Source: Oceanospirillaceae bacterium (GTDB lineage Bacteria > Pseudomonadota > Gammaproteobacteria > Pseudomonadales > Balneatricaceae). From it: DNA of 64,000 nt. Positions 41,954-52,465 of the stretch are shown piece by piece; position 1 is the stretch's first letter, and each line of letters opens with the position of its first letter. A program made the position numbers and the translations under genes. The stretch is taken from assembly GCA_002686055.1 (NCBI GenBank), contig NYZU01000003.1, positions 14,259-78,258 on the forward strand, read 5' to 3'. The notes beneath the pieces were generated by a model that saw only the letters and a list, made by a program, of their open reading frames with translations, had not been told where the DNA came from and searched no databases.

Positions 41954-44900
41954 TCCAGGGTAGCCAAGTACTGGCACCCTTAAGCTTGCCCCTTAAGGGT
42001 CATGCTTTGATTGAAGCCAGTGCCGGCACGGGTAAAACCTATACTTTAGCCATGCTATATTTAAGGCTGATCTTAAATCATGGTGGTAGCTCAGCTTTAG
42101 GGGAGCCTTTGCTACCCCATAATATATTGGTGGTGACCTTTACTAAGGCAGCCACGCAGGAATTAAGGGATCGTATTCGTCAGCGTTTAGTCGAAGCAGC
42201 AGCCTATTTACGCAGTTGTATCGAAGCTGAGGCAGGGCTAATTGATAACCCTTTGTCCGTTGATCCACTGCTTGCGGAGCTTTGTGCTAGTTATACCGAG
42301 CCTGCTCAGCAGGCGGGTGCGGCTAAACGTCTGGAAATGGCAGCTGAAGCTATGGATGAAGCCGCTATTTCTACCATACATGCTTGGTGTTATCGCTTAC
42401 TAAGTGAGTTCTCACTGTATTATGGTGGCGCTTTTGAGCAGCAGTTGCTGGAATCTGAAACGGAATTACTCAAAGAAATTAGTGAAGATTTTTGGCGACT
42501 TAATGTGCTTGGTATGAATCGCGATGCGTTAGCTTATATGATGCAGCGCTTTAAAAGCCCAGCGGCATTGTTGCCGGAAGTTGTAAGATTATTGCCCCAT
42601 GTAACAAGCCTACCAGAGCCGGTACTGGATTTGGCTTCGTATATTCAAGAGCAGCAGAGCCAAAAGCAGGCTATGGTGGCTGATCTAAAAGCCGCATTAA
42701 GAAAACATTTGCCCGCCCTCAAACAATTTTTTGCTGAAGCCAGAGCGGATGGCTTATTGCATCTTAACAAATTACGAAGTAACCATGAGGCGGGCGCTTT
42801 TACTCATTTACAGAACTATATTCAGTCGGATGAAGATACTCTTAAATCTTCAGCCAGCCTAAAAAAATTAGCCTTATTGGATACGTCTATTTGGCAGCAG
42901 CCAGACTCACTTGACCTAAATTTTGCTCCGGCAAAATGTGTGGCCGAAGTGCTCGCATTAGCTGACCAAATACCCAATCCAGATGCCACAATTTTGACCT
43001 ACGCTGCCCATTGGCTGCAGCAACGCTTAACCACTAGTAAACAGCAGCAGGGCTTGCTAAGTAACGATGACTTATTGTTAAAGTTACAACAGGCTTTATC
43101 TGGACCAAGTGGTAAACAATTGGCGGCAGCCATTCAACAGCGCTTCCCCGTTGCCCTAGTGGACGAATTTCAAGATACGGATCCCGTGCAATACACGATC
43201 TTTAAGCATATCTATCAAATTCGAGAGGGTTGCCCTAAGGGCGGCTTTATTATGATAGGAGACCCCAAACAAGCTATTTATGCTTTCCGGGGTGGGGATA
43301 TTTATACCTATTTGCAGGCGCGCAATCATACCTTTGGACATCACTATACCCTGACCCATAACTACCGTTCGGACAGTAACCTATTAACGGCGGTAAATGG
43401 CTTATTTGCCTATGGTGATAGCCATGCCGAAGGGGCGTTTCGTTTTCGTCAGACCCAGCATAATCCATTACCTTTTGCCCCCGTGGCGGCAGGTACTGAT
43501 AAACCCTATCAACTGTATTTGCAGGGGCAATTACATGCGCCCCAAACAGCTTGGTTAGCGTCCGCTGAAGAAGGGGGTAAGGCACTGGCAGACAAGGACT
43601 ATATTAGTATTCAAAGTGATGCCACGGCGAATAAAATAGCTCACTTATTAAATTTGGCCGCAGTTGATCAGGCGGTCTTGCAGCGAGGCGATAAGCAGCA
43701 GACTTTGCAACCTAAAGATCTGGCTATTTTGGTGGCTAACCAAAAGCAGGCCCAAGCGGTGCGTTCTGCTCTTGCCCAACGGCATATTGCGAGTGTTTAT
43801 TTGTCTGATGCTAGTAGTGTATATACCAGCCCTATGGCTGAGGACTTATTAATATTGTTGCGGGCAGTAGCCAACCCAGATGATGACCGCTTGTTAAGTA
43901 TGGCTCTGGCAACGCAATTATTGGGGTTAGATGTTGTCAGTCTTGATCATTTGCAGAAGGACGAGTTAGCTTGGGAACAGCAACTTAATAGATTCTATAC
44001 TTATCATAAGATATGGCGCACTAAAGGTGTTTTGGCTATGGTTTATCAAGTTATTTTTGATAGTCAGGCCGCCAGTAGAATTAGATCTATGGCTACAGGT
44101 GAGCGCCTGCTGACAGACCTACTGCATTTGGCAGAACTATTACAACAAGCGGCCGTGCAACTAGATGGTGAACATAGTCTAGTACGTCATTTTGAGACCC
44201 TATTAGATAACCCAGATCAGCAAGATATTAAGCAACAACAACGCTTAGAGAGTGATAGTAATCTGGTTCAGGTAGTCACTATTCATAAATCCAAAGGCTT
44301 GGAATACCCGGTGGTGTTTTTGCCCTTTATTTGTTTGACTCGGGCACCTAAAGAAACTGATATTCCATTGATTTATCACACGGATAAGCACCAAAAAAAT
44401 GTCGCCTTAACGGCCAGTGATGACATTATGACTGCCGTCAAAAAAGCCCATCAAGCAGAAGAAATTCGCAAGCTTTATGTGGCTTTAACGCGGGCTGCTT
44501 GTTGTCAGTATCTGGGCTTGGGTGAGGTAAAAGGTATAGCGCAATCTGGCCTGGGTAATTTGCTAATGCTGAGCAATAAAAGTGGGGAGTTAGCCCCTAC
44601 ATTGGCAGCCTTGGACGATCATATTACTGTCCAACCACTACCTATTGAGGAGGTATTTCAGGGCACAAATACAGGGGCTAACTCTACCAAAGCAGCCCGA
44701 CAAGCCCCTGATATAAGCCTAAAAAGCTGGCATACTGCGAGTTATTCTAGCCTTTCTTTTGGCAGTCAAATCGACACTGAAGACAAGTCCGCCATAGAGC
44801 TACCCGATACGGCACAAGATGCAATTTTAAGTGAAGAGCGCGAGGCCAATGTACTTACTAATATGGTAGCCGAGCAAAATGCCTCTGCATCTATTATCGA

Positions 44901-45663
44901 CAATAGCGTCCCCAATATTCACAATCTCCCCAAAGGGGCGCTATTTGGAACTATGCTGCACAATATATTAGAAGATTGTGCCGAGCTAGGATTTGCCGAA
45001 GTCATTCAGCAGCCAAGTAGTCGCCAACAAATCCTTAATGAACATCTACAACCGTTAACTCTTACACCTTGGCTAGATGCCTTGGATAATTGGCTGGTGG
45101 ATTTATTCAAGATGCCTTGGCAACTGCAATCACTGAATGCAAAACCCATCCAATTGCAGGCTTTAACGGCGCAGCAATTGCTAGTTGAAATGGAATTCCT
45201 AGTGGCTACCAAAGGGGTAGATGTGGAAGCCATGGATAGTCTGGTATGCCAATATACTTGGTCACAACAATCCCGCCCCCAAGCCCAAGCGCTACAGTTA
45301 AATGGCATGCTAAAAGGCTATATCGACTTACTGCTGGAACATAATGGCCAGTATTTTGTGGTGGATTGGAAAAGTAACTATTTAGGTGTTGATGCCAGTG
45401 CATATAGTCAGGATGCGATGGCTGAGGCGCTCCTGCACAAGCGCTATGATATGCAATATGTGCTTTATATTTTGGCCTTACATCGTTTACTGCGGTCGCG
45501 ATTGCCGGATTATAACTATGCCAAGCATATTGGTGGTGCTGTTTATGTGTTTTTACGTGGTATTGATAATCCAGATACTCAGGGGCTACTGTTAGATAAG
45601 CCAGAACAAGAGCTTATAGAACGCCTTGATCGGCTATTTCAAGGTGTCGAGGAGGTGGCCTAA
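41950..45663 (+). CDS. recB: Exodeoxyribonuclease V beta subunit
   Basis: EASAGTGKT, VDEFQDTD, IGDPKQAIYAFRG, TIHKSKGLEY, YVALTRA, nuclease GYIDL...DWKSN. Confidence 0.97.
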   Translation: MIQGSQVLAPLSLPLKGHALIEASAGTGKTYTLAMLYLRLILNHGGSSALGEPLLPHNILVVTFTKAATQELRDRIRQRLVEAAAYLRSCIEAEAGLIDNPLSVDPLLAELCASYTEPAQQAGAAKRLEMAAEAMDEAAISTIHAWCYRLLSEFSLYYGGAFEQQLLESETELLKEISEDFWRLNVLGMNRDALAYMMQRFKSPAALLPEVVRLLPHVTSLPEPVLDLASYIQEQQSQKQAMVADLKAALRKHLPALKQFFAEARADGLLHLNKLRSNHEAGAFTHLQNYIQSDEDTLKSSASLKKLALLDTSIWQQPDSLDLNFAPAKCVAEVLALADQIPNPDATILTYAAHWLQQRLTTSKQQQGLLSNDDLLLKLQQALSGPSGKQLAAAIQQRFPVALVDEFQDTDPVQYTIFKHIYQIREGCPKGGFIMIGDPKQAIYAFRGGDIYTYLQARNHTFGHHYTLTHNYRSDSNLLTAVNGLFAYGDSHAEGAFRFRQTQHNPLPFAPVAAGTDKPYQLYLQGQLHAPQTAWLASAEEGGKALADKDYISIQSDATANKIAHLLNLAAVDQAVLQRGDKQQTLQPKDLAILVANQKQAQAVRSALAQRHIASVYLSDASSVYTSPMAEDLLILLRAVANPDDDRLLSMALATQLLGLDVVSLDHLQKDELAWEQQLNRFYTYHKIWRTKGVLAMVYQVIFDSQAASRIRSMATGERLLTDLLHLAELLQQAAVQLDGEHSLVRHFETLLDNPDQQDIKQQQRLESDSNLVQVVTIHKSKGLEYPVVFLPFICLTRAPKETDIPLIYHTDKHQKNVALTASDDIMTAVKKAHQAEEIRKLYVALTRAACCQYLGLGEVKGIAQSGLGNLLMLSNKSGELAPTLAALDDHITVQPLPIEEVFQGTNTGANSTKAARQAPDISLKSWHTASYSSLSFGSQIDTEDKSAIELPDTAQDAILSEEREANVLTNMVAEQNASASIIDNSVPNIHNLPKGALFGTMLHNILEDCAELGFAEVIQQPSSRQQILNEHLQPLTLTPWLDALDNWLVDLFKMPWQLQSLNAKPIQLQALTAQQLLVEMEFLVATKGVDVEAMDSLVCQYTWSQQSRPQAQALQLNGMLKGYIDLLLEHNGQYFVVDWKSNYLGVDASAYSQDAMAEALLHKRYDMQYVLYILALHRLLRSRLPDYNYAKHIGGAVYVFLRGIDNPDTQGLLLDKPEQELIERLDRLFQGVEEVA

Positions 45664-47744
45664 TGGGTATGCAACAGCTTATTGGGCAGGCGCAAAAGCT
45701 GCATATTGTGCGTGATGTCGATCTGGCACTGTTAGATTTTATGTACCGGCGTGGCAGTAACCCGATTAGCGATTATTTGGCATGGGCTATTCTACTGGTG
45801 AGCCGCCATAGTGCCATGGGCCATGTTTGTGTGGACTTAAAAGCCGTCCTTGCAGAGCCCTTAACTTATTTCTGTTTACCCATTGATGATCAAGATGGGC
45901 TGGGGCCCAATCCTACTAGATTGGCCTTTGAGGCAGGCTTAACAGCCTTTATTAAACCTTTAACTCTGTCACAGTGGATAGATGAGATAAGCGCCAGTGA
46001 GGCCGTTACCGTGATCGATCACGTTGATTCTTCAATCCAAGTGGAAACCCCTTTTGTTTTGGACCTGAGTCAATCCCGGGCGTTATTTTATTTAACTCGT
46101 TATTGGCAGTGTGAACAGCAGTTAGTAGGGTTTATTGAAGCACGCAGTCAGCATAGCAATAGGTTACCTGAGCAGGCTACGGCAATCATTAAAGCCTTAT
46201 TTCCTAATGCGGCCAATCAAGCTGCTCATAATGTGAACTGGCAACGTGTCGCCGTAGCCCTAGCAGCGCGCAGCTATTGTGCCATTATCACAGGTGGTCC
46301 GGGGACAGGTAAAACCACCACTGTGCTAAAGTTGTTGGCGTTATTACAGGCATTGCAATTAACTCAGGGTTTAGGGCCACTACATATAAAACTTGCTGCA
46401 CCCACGGGCAAAGCTGCGGCACGCTTAAATGCGTCCATTGCTAGTAATTTGCAACAACAAGTATTTCCCACAAATGACCACTTCGATGGCGAACAATTAA
46501 AGGCGGCTATTCCCACGGAGGTGTCTACCTTGCATCGGTTACTAGGGCCTATCGCCAATAGCCGGCAGTTTCGTCACCATGCTACCAACCCAATCGGTGC
46601 TGATGTGGTAGTTATTGATGAAGCCTCTATGGTGGATTTAGAAATGATGGCTAATCTAGTGCAGGCGTTGGATAAACATACGCGCCTTATTTTACTGGGT
46701 GATAAGGATCAATTGGCCTCGGTGGAAGCAGGTTCTGTATTGGGTGACTTATGTGCTGATGCTAGTAACGGTCATTATTTGCCAGAGACCATTAAGTGGC
46801 TAAACGTATTTGCCGGTGACCAATTATCTGATCAATATGTCTCTGCTGCCGGTCGTCCACTGGCACAATCCACTACGATGTTGCGGGTAAGTCATCGCTT
46901 TCAGCAAGGTGGCAGTATCGACGCTTTGGCTAGCCTGGTGAATGCTGGACTTTATGAGGGGCAGCCATCTCTATTACCTGTACAAGATTTATATGCCATT
47001 GTGGCCCAAGAAGCGGCTTTAGCAGAGCGTAAAAAACGCCAGCCTCAAGTACAGTTATTTCACCAACCACCATCTACAAATGCAAATAGTGTAAGTTGGT
47101 TGCAGACATCCTTAGCCCATAGTTTACAGGAGGGCTATAGCACTTATCTTAAGTTGGTAAAGCAAGGGCCTGAGGGTGATCAAGATCAGTGGGCAAGCGC
47201 GGTTTTGGCTGCCCATGCTAGCTTTCAATTATTGGTAGCTCTACGGCGTGGGCAGTGGGGTGTTGAAGGGATGAACGCCACTATTGAATATTTGTTACAA
47301 AAGGCTGATTTGTTGCCTAATGCTGATACCGAATGGTACCCTGGGCGGCCCGTTATGGTCAGCCGCAATGACTATCATCTTGGTTTAATGAATGGTGATA
47401 TTGGCGTGTGCTTGCCCTATACAGATAAGCAGTCTGGGGCAGAGATGTTAAGGGTGGCCTTTAGTGCTGGTGCTGAGGGCATACGTTGGGTTTTACCGAG
47501 CCGCCTGCGTGCTGTAGAAACCGTTTTTGCTTTGACGGTGCATAAGTCTCAGGGCAGTGAATTTAGCCACACCATGCTGATGTTGCCAGCCCACAATAAT
47601 CCAGTATTAACTAAAGAGTTGTTATATACCGGTATTACCCGTGCCAGACACTGTTTCTCATTGGTATATGGTGATGAGCAGGTATTGGAGCAGGCCATGA
47701 CCAGAAAAGTTGTTCGCGCAAGTGGTTTAAGTAATCGTTTCTAG
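45663..47744 (+). CDS. recD: Exodeoxyribonuclease V alpha subunit
   Basis: TGGPGTGKTT, APTGKAAARL, DEASMVD, GDKDQLASVEAG, TVHKSQGSEF, LYTGITRA. Confidence 0.97.
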   Translation: MGMQQLIGQAQKLHIVRDVDLALLDFMYRRGSNPISDYLAWAILLVSRHSAMGHVCVDLKAVLAEPLTYFCLPIDDQDGLGPNPTRLAFEAGLTAFIKPLTLSQWIDEISASEAVTVIDHVDSSIQVETPFVLDLSQSRALFYLTRYWQCEQQLVGFIEARSQHSNRLPEQATAIIKALFPNAANQAAHNVNWQRVAVALAARSYCAIITGGPGTGKTTTVLKLLALLQALQLTQGLGPLHIKLAAPTGKAAARLNASIASNLQQQVFPTNDHFDGEQLKAAIPTEVSTLHRLLGPIANSRQFRHHATNPIGADVVVIDEASMVDLEMMANLVQALDKHTRLILLGDKDQLASVEAGSVLGDLCADASNGHYLPETIKWLNVFAGDQLSDQYVSAAGRPLAQSTTMLRVSHRFQQGGSIDALASLVNAGLYEGQPSLLPVQDLYAIVAQEAALAERKKRQPQVQLFHQPPSTNANSVSWLQTSLAHSLQEGYSTYLKLVKQGPEGDQDQWASAVLAAHASFQLLVALRRGQWGVEGMNATIEYLLQKADLLPNADTEWYPGRPVMVSRNDYHLGLMNGDIGVCLPYTDKQSGAEMLRVAFSAGAEGIRWVLPSRLRAVETVFALTVHKSQGSEFSHTMLMLPAHNNPVLTKELLYTGITRARHCFSLVYGDEQVLEQAMTRKVVRASGLSNRF

Positions 47745-47777
47745 ATAACTAACCTTCTATGCATAACTAGTCAGTGT

Positions 47778-48110
47778 TTATCTTTCAAACTCACGAAGAT
47801 ATTGGTGTGAAACAATTTTGCCATCTATTATTTTAGCGATAAACATCACACTTGAGTCAGGGGTATTTGGTTCTATAACGTCATGGATGCCAACCAGGAC
47901 TTCATTATTTTCATAGTAACAGGAAAAATCACCAGCTTTGAAAGGGGTATCTTTGCACCATGCCAAGGTTTCATGCTTGTCGAGCTTAAGCTTCAACTTA
48001 TCATTTACCCAGACAAAGTCATCTGATAATAGATCTGACAATGTCGTCATGTTTTTGTCATTAACAGCTGTGATCCAAGAGGCCATATAAGTTTGGAAAT
48101 TGACTGACAT
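47778..48110 (-). CDS. Small SnoaL/NTF2-like fold protein (tentative)
   Basis: 110 aa; WITAVNDKNMTTLSDLLSDDFVW...KIIDGKIV pattern typical of NTF2-like proteins. Confidence 0.55.
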   Translation of the reverse strand: MSVNFQTYMASWITAVNDKNMTTLSDLLSDDFVWVNDKLKLKLDKHETLAWCKDTPFKAGDFSCYYENNEVLVGIHDVIEPNTPDSSVMFIAKIIDGKIVSHQYLREFER

Positions 48111-48198
48111 ACTTTTTCCCTGTGATCAGTTAGACATTAATTTTAAAGCATATGCGTTTGTATGTAGATGGCCATCTATATAGTGCAAGCTAACCTCA

Positions 48199-48235
48199 AG
48201 TTGGCCTAGCTGTTGTATTATCAGTTAGGCCAACT
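48199..48235. terminator. Stem-loop downstream of the glutamate-mutase operon
   Basis: AGTTGGCCTAGCTG-N9-CAGTTAGGCCAACT inverted repeat between the ligase stop and the SnoaL-like gene; no clear U tract. Confidence 0.45.
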
Positions 48236-48294
48236 CTCTCTACAAAAAAAATTGGTTACAGAGAGTTTTCGCAATAACAGGCTCTTAAGTGTGT

Positions 48295-49863
48295 CTAATT
48301 TACTAACTCTTTTTTGAGCGCTTCTTTATTAATGCGATTCTTATCACTTTGTACTAAGGGCAGTGATTTTTTAAACACAATACGACTGGGCAGCATATAA
48401 GAGGCTAAATGCTGTTTTAGTTCAAATAGAATTTCCTGATCAGAGATCTGACTAGATGCGGAATAGACCAGTACAATTTCTTCTTCTATAGCTTCATTGG
48501 CCACACCAAATACGGCACATTGTTGGATTTGGGGAATATTGCGTTTGACCACTGATTCCACCTCGAAGGGGGAGACACGGAAACCCCGGGTTTTGATCAT
48601 ATCGTCGCGGCGGCCGACAAAGTAGAAATAGCCTTCTTCATCTCGATAGACATAGTCACCACTAGCCACTACTAGTTCATCCGTTAGTTGGCCTTCCAAA
48701 TTAACCACATCCTTTAAGATCTGTACAGATTTAAAGCGCTCCGCTGTTTCGACGGGGGCATTCCAAAAGCCACGGTAGATAAAGCCACCACGATGGATAA
48801 GTTCGCCTACTTCTCGCGGGGCACATTCTTTGCCATCTTCATTGATGACATAGAGCTCCACATCCGGAATAGGTTTACCAATAGAGTCTGGGCGAATCAT
48901 GATTTGGCTGGGGTCTAAATAGGCTGAGCGGAAGGCTTCCGTTAGGCCATGCATAGAATAGAACTTGGCCTGCTGGAAGGTATCGTGGCAGTCTTTAACC
49001 ATCTTAGCCGTTACATTACCACCCGATGAGGTAATAATTCGAAGTTGATCAAATAAGCCTGCGGTGGGGCGTCTAGCCTCAACAGCTTCAAACATTTCAG
49101 CAATATGCACCGGCATAAGTGCCAGCACCGTGACTTGGTCATTAATCAGGTGATTAAACACATCTTCGGGCAGAATAAACCGGTGTAAGGCCAAGGTGGC
49201 GCGCTTATATAAGGCACAAAAGATCTGATTCAGGCCATAATCCAAATTAAAGATCAGTAGGCCGGAGATAATATCATCTTCTTGCAAATCCAAATATTGA
49301 GACACCACGCGGGCAGAATCAATTAAGTTAGCATGTGAGAGAACAATACCCTTTGGCGTACCAGTCAAACCAAAAGAATAGGTGATAACGGCATTTTCAT
49401 GGCCATTCACATTAGCAGCAAAGGGTTTATTGTAGTATTTGTAGATTTCTTCAAAGGAAGCGATATTTTGGTCGGTGGTTTCATAGGCAATGATATGGCC
49501 TGCGAAGTTGATATCCTGCATGGTCTCCAACTTCATTTGGTCGGTGATCATAACCTGAATATCACAGTCCTTAATAATATAGTCTACCTGTTCCGATTGT
49601 AGGAGTTTGGTTAGTGGAACCAGGACATAATTGGTAGATAGCGTGGCCAGAATAGCGATAACAAGGTCCAAGCCCTTATTAGAATAAACCCCCACGCGGG
49701 TATTGGCTGGGAGATGAAGTTCGTCCAGATAGAGTGCCACCTGATTCACCTTGGTGAGGAGTTCACTATAGGTGATGCTTTTCTCTTCCTGCTTGATAGC
49801 CACCTTATCGGGGTGGGAAGCTGCAGCATATTCAAGCAGGGTGCGCACGCAATTGATTGACAT
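48295..49863 (-). CDS. AMP-forming acyl-CoA/acyl-carrier ligase (ANL superfamily; resembles exosortase A-associated ligases)
   Basis: GLTGTPKG P-loop variant, MHGLTEAFRSAYL..RPDSIGKPIP, GELIHRG, SGDYVYRDEEGYFYFVGRRDDMIKTRGFRVSPFEVE. Confidence 0.88.
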   Translation of the reverse strand: MSINCVRTLLEYAAASHPDKVAIKQEEKSITYSELLTKVNQVALYLDELHLPANTRVGVYSNKGLDLVIAILATLSTNYVLVPLTKLLQSEQVDYIIKDCDIQVMITDQMKLETMQDINFAGHIIAYETTDQNIASFEEIYKYYNKPFAANVNGHENAVITYSFGLTGTPKGIVLSHANLIDSARVVSQYLDLQEDDIISGLLIFNLDYGLNQIFCALYKRATLALHRFILPEDVFNHLINDQVTVLALMPVHIAEMFEAVEARRPTAGLFDQLRIITSSGGNVTAKMVKDCHDTFQQAKFYSMHGLTEAFRSAYLDPSQIMIRPDSIGKPIPDVELYVINEDGKECAPREVGELIHRGGFIYRGFWNAPVETAERFKSVQILKDVVNLEGQLTDELVVASGDYVYRDEEGYFYFVGRRDDMIKTRGFRVSPFEVESVVKRNIPQIQQCAVFGVANEAIEEEIVLVYSASSQISDQEILFELKQHLASYMLPSRIVFKKSLPLVQSDKNRINKEALKKELVN

Positions 49864-49874
49864 TCTTCTTCTCC

Positions 49875-51104
49875 TTACTGTTCCCTAAGGTTAACGTCCT
49901 GAACTCGCGAACCCAGCGTCCAAATAGAATAGTCTGTATCCATTATAGTGACGGGTCTGTGCTTTGAGGTCAAAATTTTTGTAAAAAAGAAGCCAATAAT
50001 ATCGTCTACTTCTTCTTGCTTTAACACTTTGGTGACCCCTCCTGTTAGTACAATGGATTTAACAGCAGTGAGCTTAAGGTTGGTATAGGCTTCGCGATAG
50101 TGAGACATTTTGCAGAGTACCAAAAAGATAGCTAGCTGCATCAAAATGCGGGTGGCCTTATCACTCTGCTCCTCAAAGATATTCTCTGTGACCCCAAGGT
50201 GCATTAGCAGTTCGTAGACAAATTCGTTATTTTTGGCGTTAAAGATCAAAGATTCCCGGGATTTATATACCCCCAGTTTTTTAAATACCAAACGATCAAA
50301 TTCGTTATTGGTGACCATATTCTCTTCTACCAAATCTTTGGAGTAGTGAATATCCGTAGTAGCGCCACCAATATCCAAGAGAATAAAGGGATTAACCACC
50401 GAATAACTGGCATCAATCAGGGGTAATGTCTGGTTAACAATATAGGGCGTAGAGAAAATCTGATTACTACTAATCTGGTAAAGGTCTTTAATATCTTCCT
50501 TGCCCATAATATCTTGTTGATAGAGGTTGGTCAGGTAAGCCTTAAGATCCTCTTCAATGATATGCAAGCGGTCATCAATAATATTGGGCAGAATAACTAA
50601 CTCGGGTAACTGTGCTTTAGCATTAGCAGCATCAAGTTCATTGCCCACATAAACAATATTGGAATAATTTACATTATGCAGATATTGGTACAAGTCATCA
50701 GCAAAAGCGTCGCCCTTGCTATTAATACCACCAGCAATAATAACCACATCAATCAGGTCACTAGGCACTGTGGCCGAGTCGAGATCTTGATAAAGAATGG
50801 TATCGATAATATTAATGCCTGAATTAAAGGCAATATTGGTCGCATACTTTAGGGAAAACGTATGGGTCAAACCTATTATAAGGGTGCTTAGGCCACCATT
50901 TGCAGATGAGCAAATAAACACATCATCATGGTCAAAAGAACTGATAGTATGGCCACATTTATGCATCAAATCATCAAGAATGGTTTGATTAAAGTTGCGA
51001 AAGTGTTGCTCAAGTTGCCGCCTTTCTGGGGCATCGGAGGTCACGCAGACTTTAAAATAAGTACTGCCGACATCGATTAATAATTTATCGTTTTGGCTAC
51101 TCAT
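49875..51104 (-). CDS. glmL: Glutamate mutase L (reactivase/chaperone, actin-like ATPase)
   Basis: LIDVGSTYFK, CSSANGGL, IAGG, STP, LDIGGATTDIH motifs of the GlmL/MutL family; adjacent to mutase subunits. Confidence 0.87.
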   Translation of the reverse strand: MSSQNDKLLIDVGSTYFKVCVTSDAPERRQLEQHFRNFNQTILDDLMHKCGHTISSFDHDDVFICSSANGGLSTLIIGLTHTFSLKYATNIAFNSGINIIDTILYQDLDSATVPSDLIDVVIIAGGINSKGDAFADDLYQYLHNVNYSNIVYVGNELDAANAKAQLPELVILPNIIDDRLHIIEEDLKAYLTNLYQQDIMGKEDIKDLYQISSNQIFSTPYIVNQTLPLIDASYSVVNPFILLDIGGATTDIHYSKDLVEENMVTNNEFDRLVFKKLGVYKSRESLIFNAKNNEFVYELLMHLGVTENIFEEQSDKATRILMQLAIFLVLCKMSHYREAYTNLKLTAVKSIVLTGGVTKVLKQEEVDDIIGFFFTKILTSKHRPVTIMDTDYSIWTLGSRVQDVNLREQ

Positions 51105-52465
51105 TGCATAATCCCGATATCGTGAATAATGTCATTAACAATACTGGTGGTGTCTTTGCTTAGGTCGCACTGTGCCTTTTCATAATCGAAACAGTGGTCA
51201 GGAATCGGTACTTTGCCACGTTTGATTATGCGGATATTTTTGTTGTCATCACGAATAGTAATCATCTGATTATGGTTGATGATATGCGGCGAGAAGGGCA
51301 CATCGATAATGCCACTCTTAATACAGTTAAATACTTTGCGCCATAGAGTATCGGCGGGGTCATTAAATACCGCCTCCATAATGGCCATAACTTCTGCTGT
51401 TAGAATCTCTTCTTCTTGCTCATCAGTAATATCCGGCAAGCCGTTGAGGATCCGCAGTGAATACTGGGTATTGGCAACGGTTTCAGAATTAGCTTCCTTA
51501 GTCGGAATGCCAGCTGCTTCCTGATTGGTTTTGGTTATAATTTTATCGGCACGCACCATGGAGGCAATAACTGTAGCAATACTGATTAACTGTTCAGCAT
51601 AATTTGGATCCATTGGGAAAGCCCCCATCCATTGGTGATAAACCAAGTGAATGCTGGCGTCCCCACAGCCAATTTCTTCAGCATAATGGCGGGCTAATTT
51701 CTTTAGCACATGGCCAGTAACAATATCCTGCATCATAGAGCCCTGTTGGGCAAAGGATACAGAAAAGGATTTAACGCCTTCCTCAAGAGAGAGCAACATT
51801 TCTAACAACTGAATAACAATGGTAATGGCCGGTGGTACCAAAGTTGCTGTTAGTGGCCCAAAGGATTCTCGGTTAATGGGCTCATTTAGTTGTGAATAGT
51901 TAGCACATACCCGTTCGACATATTTCCAATACAAAAACGCCTTATCCAAAGGGAAGTTTTTGGAATAAGGTAGTAAATAGGTGATAGGACCACCTTCAAT
52001 ATCAAAGATACCCGAGGCAATAGCTTGCTCAATTAATAACCGCGCATCAGGGGTACCATGACGCAAACTCACCGGCTTATTAAAGTGGGTAATCATATTA
52101 CGAGTGGTGCGATAGCCATGGTTAACTAGTGGGTAACCATTGAGCATATCAACATCATTTTCTTCACTTAGGCGCAGCATGCGGGCAGCGGTTTTATAGT
52201 CATTAAGACGGGTATTGGAATCAATGGTTAGGGGCAGTACGTCCACATTGGCATTGACAAAAAACTCATATAAAGCAAATTGTTTTTTGTAAGTGGGGAA
52301 GCCACCACGAGGCTGCACTAGCATTTTGTTGCTATGCTTAAAATGATGGGAAATAAACAGTTCTTTGTTGGCGTTTTTAACAAAGTCTTCAACTTCGGCA
52401 AAATCAAAGGCCTCAACATATTGGTTGCCGAGGATAATTTCGCGTTCTTCCTGGAGCAAACTCAT
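51101..52465 (-). CDS. glmE: Glutamate (methylaspartate) mutase epsilon subunit
   Basis: QPRGG, TIDSNTRLN, LNGYPLVNHG, RHGTPDARLL, EGGPITY..PY, INRESFGPLTATLVPP, HQWMGAFP, EAAGIPTKEAN. Confidence 0.94.
   Translation of the reverse strand: MSLLQEEREIILGNQYVEAFDFAEVEDFVKNANKELFISHHFKHSNKMLVQPRGGFPTYKKQFALYEFFVNANVDVLPLTIDSNTRLNDYKTAARMLRLSEENDVDMLNGYPLVNHGYRTTRNMITHFNKPVSLRHGTPDARLLIEQAIASGIFDIEGGPITYLLPYSKNFPLDKAFLYWKYVERVCANYSQLNEPINRESFGPLTATLVPPAITIVIQLLEMLLSLEEGVKSFSVSFAQQGSMMQDIVTGHVLKKLARHYAEEIGCGDASIHLVYHQWMGAFPMDPNYAEQLISIATVIASMVRADKIITKTNQEAAGIPTKEANSETVANTQYSLRILNGLPDITDEQEEEILTAEVMAIMEAVFNDPADTLWRKVFNCIKSGIIDVPFSPHIINHNQMITIRDDNKNIRIIKRGKVPIPDHCFDYEKAQCDLSKDTTSIVNDIIHDIGIMQ

Noticed and set aside
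38447-47744. RecBCD as a novel defence nuclease-helicase system
   Set aside because: Canonical recC-recB-recD operon with intact standard motifs; the absence of ptrA is common outside enterobacteria.
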